Positions 57,833 to 64,000 of a stretch of 64,000 bases of DNA are shown here, one piece after another (within the stretch, counting starts at the first letter, position 1; each line of letters opens with the position of its first letter). Made by a program: the position numbers and the translations under genes. This DNA is from Methanothrix sp. (lineage in GTDB: Archaea; Halobacteriota; Methanosarcinia; Methanotrichales; Methanotrichaceae): assembly GCA_963682135.1 (NCBI GenBank), contig OY821645.1, positions 1 to 64,000 on the forward strand, read 5' to 3'. The notes under the pieces were generated by a model. It was not told the DNA's origin and made no database searches. It saw only the letters and a program-made list of their open reading frames with translations.

Positions 57833-58438
57833 ATGACTGAGATGATTCGGCTGAATAGAGATCCAAAATATGTCGCCTTGCAGCTCCTCTCAGCTATCTC
57901 CTTGCCGGACGGGCAGGTCTTCCGGGAGCTGGACGCTACCCGCTACACCACCGTTGATTACTATCGCATGGCCTGCCACCTGATCTTTGAATGCCAGAGG
58001 TGCGCAAGCTGCTGCAAAATGGGCGACCCGATAAGGCTGCGGCAGGAAGATGTAGCTCTACTGGCCAGGGGCCTCAAGATACCTATCAATAAGGCCCTTA
58101 AGAAGTACACTATCAAGGACCCGCAAAAAGAGGGAGTATTGAACTTCAAGCATATCTTGCCCTGCAAATTCTATGATCCATCAGCGAAGGGCTGCAAGAT
58201 TTATGACATCCGGCCCTGGTCCTGCCGCATCTTTCCCTTCCTGGGAATTTACGGATCTGAGGATAGAGTCGTGGTGAATGAATCATGTCCAGGATCGATC
58301 GAGACCATGAATGTCCTGAAAGAGGCGATAGAGGCAGTCAGGGCAGATGCAGATATATCTAATGCTGCGAACCCAGCAGAAGTAAGAAGTGCAAAGCTGT
58401 TTTTGAGAGAGGCTTTGAACTCAATTCAATTCAAATAA
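57833..58438 (+). CDS. YkgJ-family Cys-cluster (CxxCxxCC) protein
   Basis: FECQRCASCC, PCKFY, CKIYDIRPWSCRIFPF. Confidence 0.88.
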   Translation: MTEMIRLNRDPKYVALQLLSAISLPDGQVFRELDATRYTTVDYYRMACHLIFECQRCASCCKMGDPIRLRQEDVALLARGLKIPINKALKKYTIKDPQKEGVLNFKHILPCKFYDPSAKGCKIYDIRPWSCRIFPFLGIYGSEDRVVVNESCPGSIETMNVLKEAIEAVRADADISNAANPAEVRSAKLFLREALNSIQFK

Positions 58439-58498
58439 TCATTCATCGTCTTATGGCGATATGTTTATATTCGAATAGGCACTAGATCCGTTCTCATC

Positions 58499-58843
58499 AT
58501 GACAGCAAAATCGGTCTCAAATCTGCGCGTTAAGATCCTCAGTGCCTTATCCGATCCCACCCGGCTACAGCTGCTGGAATATTTATCGGGTGGCGAGAGG
58601 TGCGTCTGCGAGATTCTACCGGCATTTCAAAGATCCCAATCTACCATATCCAAGCATCTGAATATCCTCTACGAAGCAGATATTTTGGAGCGCAAGGTAG
58701 ACGGAAAAAGGACAATCTACTGCATAAAAGATCCAAAGGTATTGGAATTAATTCGCATGGTAGATTCTCTGGCCTTAACGCAGATATCACAGCTTGCCGA
58801 GGCTGGTAAAATTTTGGAGAAATCGCTCAGCAACAATCAATGA
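58499..58843 (+). CDS. ArsR/SmtB transcriptional regulator
   Basis: ALSDPTRL, ERCVCEI, SQSTISKHL. Confidence 0.93.
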   Translation: MTAKSVSNLRVKILSALSDPTRLQLLEYLSGGERCVCEILPAFQRSQSTISKHLNILYEADILERKVDGKRTIYCIKDPKVLELIRMVDSLALTQISQLAEAGKILEKSLSNNQ

Positions 58844-58876
58844 ACCGCAGTTATCTAAAAAGGAGATGATCTGCAA

Positions 58877-59956
58877 ATGGTTACTTACACCATCATGGCG
58901 GCCTTGCAGGCAGGACTATCAACATTGCTGGAATACTTATCAGCACATGTCTTAACCTGTCTTATACCGGCATTCTTCATTGCCGGAGCCATAGCCGCAC
59001 TCTTGCACAAGGAAACTGTGCTTAAATACTTCGGAGCCGATGCCCCCAAGTGGCTCTGCTACAGTGTGGCAGCCACTTCGGGCACGATCCTGGCCGTATG
59101 CAGCTGTACCATCCTGCCCATGTTCGCAGGAATCCAAAAGAGAGGTGCTGGGATCGGTCCGGCCACGGCATTCCTCTTCTCTGGGCCGGCCATTAACCTC
59201 ATGGCCATCATCCTCACGGCGCGGGTCCTGGGTCTCGATCTAGGCATAGCCAGGGCAGTGGCTGCAGTGAGCATGGCTGTCGTCATCGGCCTGATCATGG
59301 CTGCCATATTCCAGAAATCTGAAAAGAGATGCGAATCATCGCCTGCGCCAGCTTTCCAGGTCGATTCCGATCCCGAGGCGAAGAGTCGTCCCAGCTATAT
59401 CACAGGCTTATTCATGGCCGTTCTGGTTGCCATATTGCTGGTGGCCACCTCCAGTCTCTTCGAATTGCTGCCCAAAGCAATAATCGTGGGTGTACTGGTA
59501 CTCGTAGCGGCCTTCCTCATGAAAACCTACTATCAGCCCGAAGAGCGGGAGGCATTCCTCTCTGAAACATGGTGGCTCACCAAGAAGATCTTTCCCCTGC
59601 TGGTAGTCGGCACATTTATCACCGGCATAATCGGCTACTTCTTGCCTGTGGAGTGGATCAGAACTCTATTCGGCACGAACAACTTCATATCTTGCTTCGT
59701 GGCCTCGGCAATCGGCGCTCTGCTCTACATGCCCACCTTGCTGGAAGTTCCCATTGTCGGAACGCTCTTCGGCTACAGTAGCGGAGTTACCGCCGCGGGC
59801 CCAGCTTTATCTTTACTGCTGGCCGGGCCTTCTTTGAGCCTGCCCAGCATGATTGTAATCACAAGGATCATGGGCCTGAAGAAAGCCGGTGTCTATATTG
59901 TACTGGTTGTTCTGATATCGACGCTGTCAGGTATGATCTATGGAGCGATAGTTTAA
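58877..59956 (+). CDS. ArsP (DUF318) permease
   Basis: HVLTCLIPAFFIAG, LAVCSCTILP, FLFSGPAIN, LLAGPSLSLP. Confidence 0.9.
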   Translation: MVTYTIMAALQAGLSTLLEYLSAHVLTCLIPAFFIAGAIAALLHKETVLKYFGADAPKWLCYSVAATSGTILAVCSCTILPMFAGIQKRGAGIGPATAFLFSGPAINLMAIILTARVLGLDLGIARAVAAVSMAVVIGLIMAAIFQKSEKRCESSPAPAFQVDSDPEAKSRPSYITGLFMAVLVAILLVATSSLFELLPKAIIVGVLVLVAAFLMKTYYQPEEREAFLSETWWLTKKIFPLLVVGTFITGIIGYFLPVEWIRTLFGTNNFISCFVASAIGALLYMPTLLEVPIVGTLFGYSSGVTAAGPALSLLLAGPSLSLPSMIVITRIMGLKKAGVYIVLVVLISTLSGMIYGAIV

Positions 59957-59981
59957 ATTGATAAATTCGGGTGATGAAAAA

Positions 59982-60218
59982 ATGGTGAAGATTGAAGTCC
60001 TGGGAACAGGCTGCGCAAAGTGCAAGAGCCTGCTCAAGAGTGTGGAGAAGGCAGTTGCAGAATCGGACATAGCAGCAGAAGTGATCAAGGTGGACAGCAT
60101 CCAGGAGATCATGGACCGGGGAGTGATGATGACCCCTGCCCTGTATATCGATGGCAAATCCGTGATGATGGGCAGGACTGCCACCGTGGAAGAGATCAAA
60201 AGATTACTGAAGAAATGA
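59982..60218 (+). CDS. Small thioredoxin-like redox protein (MTH895 type)
   Basis: IEVLGTGCAKC, GVMMTPAL.IDG. Confidence 0.9.
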   Translation: MVKIEVLGTGCAKCKSLLKSVEKAVAESDIAAEVIKVDSIQEIMDRGVMMTPALYIDGKSVMMGRTATVEEIKRLLKK

Positions 60219-60249
60219 TGTTTGGATTGATCAATAGGGGAATATTAGT

Positions 60250-60600
60250 ATGCCATTTATGAAGGATATGCTGCCTGAGACATCTGAAGCTTTTGATAAG
60301 TTGAGAGATACGATTTTCAATGGTGGAGAGATAGATCGGAAAACAAAGGAACTTATTGCTGTTGCTTGCTCAGTTCTCATGCGCTGCCAATTTTGTGTCC
60401 ATACGCACTCCCAAAGGGCCATTGCTCATGGAGCAAGCAAAAAGGAGATTTCTGAGGCGATTTCCATTGCCATGTTCATTGCCGGCGGCACCCAGCTTGG
60501 CTGGACAAATGATCTCGGCAAAAGCGCTTATGATCTAATATTCGAAGACAAAAAATCAGAAGAACTAAACGAAGGAAAAAGATGCAGTTGCGGGCAATAG
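60250..60600 (+). CDS. Carboxymuconolactone decarboxylase/AhpD-like protein
   Basis: KTKELIAVA...RCQFCVHTH...GAS..EI.E. Confidence 0.88.
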   Translation: MPFMKDMLPETSEAFDKLRDTIFNGGEIDRKTKELIAVACSVLMRCQFCVHTHSQRAIAHGASKKEISEAISIAMFIAGGTQLGWTNDLGKSAYDLIFEDKKSEELNEGKRCSCGQ

Positions 60601-60638
60601 GTTGTTGAACAATTGGAAATAGGTATGAGGTTTTATTC

Positions 60639-61019
60639 ATGGAAGAGAAGAAGAAATGCCTGTGTGGCGGCTTAGATGTGCGCGTTGTGACCTGCTCAGG
60701 AGCCTCAAATGTGGGACAGATCGCAAACCAGGCGGCAATAATGCTTGCTAAAGAGAAAGTGGCAGGATTCTTCTGTCTGGCAGGAGTGGGCGGCCATATC
60801 CCTGGAATGGTCAAAGCGGCAAAGCAAGCGGGTCTGATGGTGGCTATAGACGGCTGTCCGGTGCAGTGTGCTGCAAAGACACTGCAGCATGCCGAGATCG
60901 AACCGGCCATACAGGTAATTGTAACTGAGCTTGGCATTGAGAAGTCTCATGATATTGCCATTGATGAAAAGGTCTGCTCCCGAGTTGTGGAGAAAGTGAA
61001 AGAAGAGCTTGCGGCCTGA
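60639..61019 (+). CDS. DGC-domain putative zinc-binding protein
   Basis: CSGASNVGQ, CLAGVG, AIDGCPVQCA. Confidence 0.9.
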   Translation: MEEKKKCLCGGLDVRVVTCSGASNVGQIANQAAIMLAKEKVAGFFCLAGVGGHIPGMVKAAKQAGLMVAIDGCPVQCAAKTLQHAEIEPAIQVIVTELGIEKSHDIAIDEKVCSRVVEKVKEELAA

Positions 61020-61087
61020 AAAGAAAGGTGAAATAAGAGTTGTGGGTCGATGCTGCAAATTAGGAGCAAGATCGGCCCGGAGAATAA

Positions 61088-62410
61088 ATGACATTACGAA
61101 ATATTGTTTCAGATTCCGCAGGAAAGGCGATGCTCATTTACGGGATTGTATCCATTCTTTTGTATGGCCTGGTCCTGAGCTCGCCTGCCCTGGCGGAGAC
61201 GCAAACTGACAGCCTTGCGAAGGCGTTTGTATCACCTGTTGATCTCTCGCCGGATGATATTGTGCTGGACATCAGCCCAGATGCTACTCGATTCTTGGAA
61301 GGTGCCGTCAATATCAACTATGAGGACTTCATGGGGGAAGGAGGTCAGCTCAAGTCCGTAAAGGAAATAGCCGCTCTGCTTGGCGAAGCTGGCCTATTGA
61401 GCAATGATTCACTGGTTATCGCGGGCGAATGTCTTCCTTGCGGCGGCGGGCCATCGCCGGCGATCTTCTCTTACTGGCTGCTCAAGTACCTGGGGCATGA
61501 AAGAGTAAGAGTTCTGAGCGGTAGCATGGATGACTGGGCCGCATCCGGGCTGAACATCAGCAATAAATCCGCCACAAGACAGAAGACGGAATATATTCCT
61601 CACCTTGTGCCCGAGCTTCTCGCCACCTATGAGTTCGTGGTTAATGGCGCAGCCCAGATCGTGGATGCCAGGCCGGCCAGGGACTACGGCATTGGCTTTA
61701 TTCCCGGAGCCGTCAACATTCCTTACGAGAATGTGCTGGTAAATAAGAGCATTAAGCCGGTGGAGGATCTGTCGAAGGTCTTTACTAAGCTGGAGAAGGA
61801 TCGGCCCGTCGTGGTCTACACCAACGTGGGCGTCGAGGCTTCTTTGGTCTGGCTGGCGCTGACCCTCTCCGGCTACGATGCCAGGCTCTATACATGGCGG
61901 GATTGGCTGGAAAACCAGCCCAAATTCAACTTCGAGCTGATAGACATAGGAGCCAAACCCAATCCCGTAAGGTCTGGCTCGACTACAACCATAACGGCAT
62001 CCTTCCAGGAGAGACATATAGCCACTGCCGGCAATTCCTCAGGCGATGATGTCAAGCTCACGATCAAGGGATGCTCTACCTGCGGATTTGAAGGATTCGC
62101 TTTAGGAACCTCTGGTGCATCTGGTGCCTCTGGAAACAAATCTGGGACCATCCAACTAAGCTCCTCAGGCAAGACAATGCAGTCCAGCGCCGCCGGCCAG
62201 GATAACGCGTTGCACTGCACTGCCGTAATAAACGCCCCCGATGGCTCCAAGGTTGCAGGTACAAGCCTACTGCGCACCTCTGGATACAAATATGTAGGAA
62301 TCTGGAGTGCCAATGTAGCGCCCGGCATTTACAAGGTGAGCATAGCTGCCACATCTTCCAAAAGCGCCGAGACCTTTGAGGATGTTTTAAAGATAGAGGT
62401 AACCGGATAG
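61088..62410 (+). CDS. Secreted tandem-rhodanese protein with C-terminal beta-rich domain
   Basis: Signal peptide; YWLLKYLGH.RV.VL.G..DDW, IVDAR...IPGAVNIP. Confidence 0.8.
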   Translation: MTLRNIVSDSAGKAMLIYGIVSILLYGLVLSSPALAETQTDSLAKAFVSPVDLSPDDIVLDISPDATRFLEGAVNINYEDFMGEGGQLKSVKEIAALLGEAGLLSNDSLVIAGECLPCGGGPSPAIFSYWLLKYLGHERVRVLSGSMDDWAASGLNISNKSATRQKTEYIPHLVPELLATYEFVVNGAAQIVDARPARDYGIGFIPGAVNIPYENVLVNKSIKPVEDLSKVFTKLEKDRPVVVYTNVGVEASLVWLALTLSGYDARLYTWRDWLENQPKFNFELIDIGAKPNPVRSGSTTTITASFQERHIATAGNSSGDDVKLTIKGCSTCGFEGFALGTSGASGASGNKSGTIQLSSSGKTMQSSAAGQDNALHCTAVINAPDGSKVAGTSLLRTSGYKYVGIWSANVAPGIYKVSIAATSSKSAETFEDVLKIEVTG

Positions 62411-62501
62411 GCCGGAGGGCCTATCATACCTCTCATTTCGCATAAATTCCAGATCCCAGGAACCAGGTGTCATCGACTCTCGAGACGTAGCTGAGCTTTA
62501 A

Positions 62502-63826
62502 CTGGTAGGATTGCGAAGGACAGAGCGGGAAGTCCCCATCCTTCAGGGTGGGGATGAAAGCGGAGTCCTTTGCCATGATTACTTTCGCGCTGCCCTCAAC
62601 TAATATAAATATTAAGTATGCATATCTGTATTTATGATAATCAGCTACAAGTATCCCATCTTCCCTAACAAGGTCACTGCATGGAAGTTAGCGGAGAATT
62701 TGGATGCTTGCAGGTGGCTCTATAATCGGCTTCTCCAAGACCTGAATGAAGCAAAACGAAAAGGCATCAAGCTCAAGACCTATGATTCTCAGAACATGAT
62801 TCCTTCTTTGAAGCTCATAAATCCGAAGCTGAATCTCGTCTACTCTAAAGTTCTTCAGATGGTGAATTATACTCTTTGGTCTAACATCAAAGGACTCTTC
62901 GCATCAAAGAAGAACGGTCGGAAGATCGGTCATATTCGCTTCAAAGGGTATGGTTGGTACAATACCCTGAATTACAACCAATCCGGATTCAAGGTCGATC
63001 AAGATCACAGCATTTTGCATCTATCCAAGATAGGAGATATGCGGATCAAGATCTATCGAAAGATCGAAGGTTGCATCAAAGCTGTCATAATCAAGAGAGA
63101 AGGCAAGAGGTGGTTCGCCATAGTCCAGGCCGATCAGGAACCACAGCAGTTACCGGAAACTGGAGAAGCAGTAGGTCTGGATGTCGGTTTGACTTCCTTT
63201 GTGGTTGATTCTGTTGGCAATGAGATAGAGAATCCAAGATGTGGCGAGCAATCTGCTGATAAACTGGCAAGACTGCAACGAAAGCTAGCCAGAGCAGTGA
63301 GGGGATCGAATAATTATAAGTTCCTCAAGGATAAAATCGCTAAACTGCATAAAAGAATCAACTGCCAACGAGACGATTTCCTGCATAAGTTATCTCGGAT
63401 GTATGTCAACAACTTCGATATTGTTTGCGTCGAGGATCTTGATGTCAAAGGTCTGAAAGAGAAAGGCCATAATAATGGTATGCATCGCAGCATCCATGAT
63501 GCATCCTGGTCTAAGTTCATATTCATGCTTTCGTACAAGGCTCAAAGTGCTGGTCGAAAGTTGATAAAAGTAGAACCCAGGAACACCACTCAAAGGTGTT
63601 CAGCTTGTGGAAGCATCGTAAAGAAAGATTTGTCGGTACGAATACATGAGTGCCCTTATTGCGGATTCTCATGTGACAGAGACTACAATGCTTCCAGGAA
63701 CATACTCATCACAGGGATGGAACAGCCCGTAGCGCCCATAGAACCAAAACCTCTACATCACATAACAGTGATGCAAGTATTGGCGATGAAGTGGGAAGCC
63801 GCGCCCTTCAGGACGCGGTAGTTCAC
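62502..63826 (+). mobile_element. tnpB-only IS200/IS605 (IS1341-like) element
   Basis: Left hairpin TCCCCATCC-TTCA-GGGTGGGGA (62533-62554); right end GAAG-CCGCGCCC-TTCA-GGACGCGG-TAGT-TCAC ending 63826; left boundary approximate. Confidence 0.85.
62634..63821 (+). CDS. tnpB: TnpB RNA-guided endonuclease
   Basis: YKYPIFP/CRWLYN N-terminus, RuvC GLDVG, VEDL, DRDYNAS, Zn finger CSAC...CPYC. Confidence 0.95.
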   Translation: MIISYKYPIFPNKVTAWKLAENLDACRWLYNRLLQDLNEAKRKGIKLKTYDSQNMIPSLKLINPKLNLVYSKVLQMVNYTLWSNIKGLFASKKNGRKIGHIRFKGYGWYNTLNYNQSGFKVDQDHSILHLSKIGDMRIKIYRKIEGCIKAVIIKREGKRWFAIVQADQEPQQLPETGEAVGLDVGLTSFVVDSVGNEIENPRCGEQSADKLARLQRKLARAVRGSNNYKFLKDKIAKLHKRINCQRDDFLHKLSRMYVNNFDIVCVEDLDVKGLKEKGHNNGMHRSIHDASWSKFIFMLSYKAQSAGRKLIKVEPRNTTQRCSACGSIVKKDLSVRIHECPYCGFSCDRDYNASRNILITGMEQPVAPIEPKPLHHITVMQVLAMKWEAAPFRTR

Positions 63827-64000
63827 TATTATCATTATGACTATCTAATCGTATAAAATTCCCTCCTATACGAATTTTGCAGACTCTTCAGCCAATTCTC
63901 TGCCTATTGCATCACGCGGTCTCTTTGGCAGAAGATGAATATCAACACGGACTAGAACTCTCCCAATGTGAATTGATCCTGCAGCCCGATCTCTTTGGAC

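Noticed and set aside
58499-61019. ArsR-ArsP-thioredoxin-CMD-DGC cluster as a new system, or as selenoproteins
   Set aside because: Common arrangement in anaerobes; all redox motifs use Cys and no in-frame TGA is seen.
63952-64000. Possible 3' end of a minus-strand gene (SKEIGLQDQFTLGEF*)
   Set aside because: Too short to assign a frame or product with confidence.

Overview
Archaeal methanogen chromosome segment; gene content and style suggest Methanothrix/Methanosarcinales (inference). Core blocks: the rpl15e-RNase P-psmA-SBDS-exosome-rpl37ae-rpoP-Brix-Pcc1-prefoldin superoperon ending in tRNA-Arg(TCT) (6.4-13.9 kb); secreted and surface proteins plus sec61beta (14-24 kb); tyrS, mobA, connectase, peroxiredoxin and ABC permeases (36.8-43.6 kb); engB and an ArsR-ArsP-thioredoxin-CMD-DGC-rhodanese cluster (57-62.4 kb). 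Two accessory defence regions stand out. (1) At 24.2-36.7 kb is a string of toxin-antitoxin/defence cassettes (HicB, 3x MNT-HepT, 2x VapBC, a DUF488 pair, an OLD nuclease). Every inter-cassette spacer carries a co-oriented copy of one degenerate, very GC-rich, palindromic 75-150 bp element. This integron-like array has no attC consensus and no integrase and is the top candidate for an undescribed system. (2) At 43.6-57.2 kb is a SNF2-DUF3883 / DUF1156 methylase / DUF499 ATPase restriction-like system with interleaved accessory genes (membrane protein, GNAT-PUA plus ASCH, HEPN remnant, PD-(D/E)xK-like protein) and tandem Ig-like repeats on the ATPase. Mobile elements: IS1634 inserted in a HepT active-site motif, a tnpA-only IS200, a tnpB-only IS605-type element, and an orphan IS605 left end invaded by two small palindromes. 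All family calls are by motif recognition; no searches were run.
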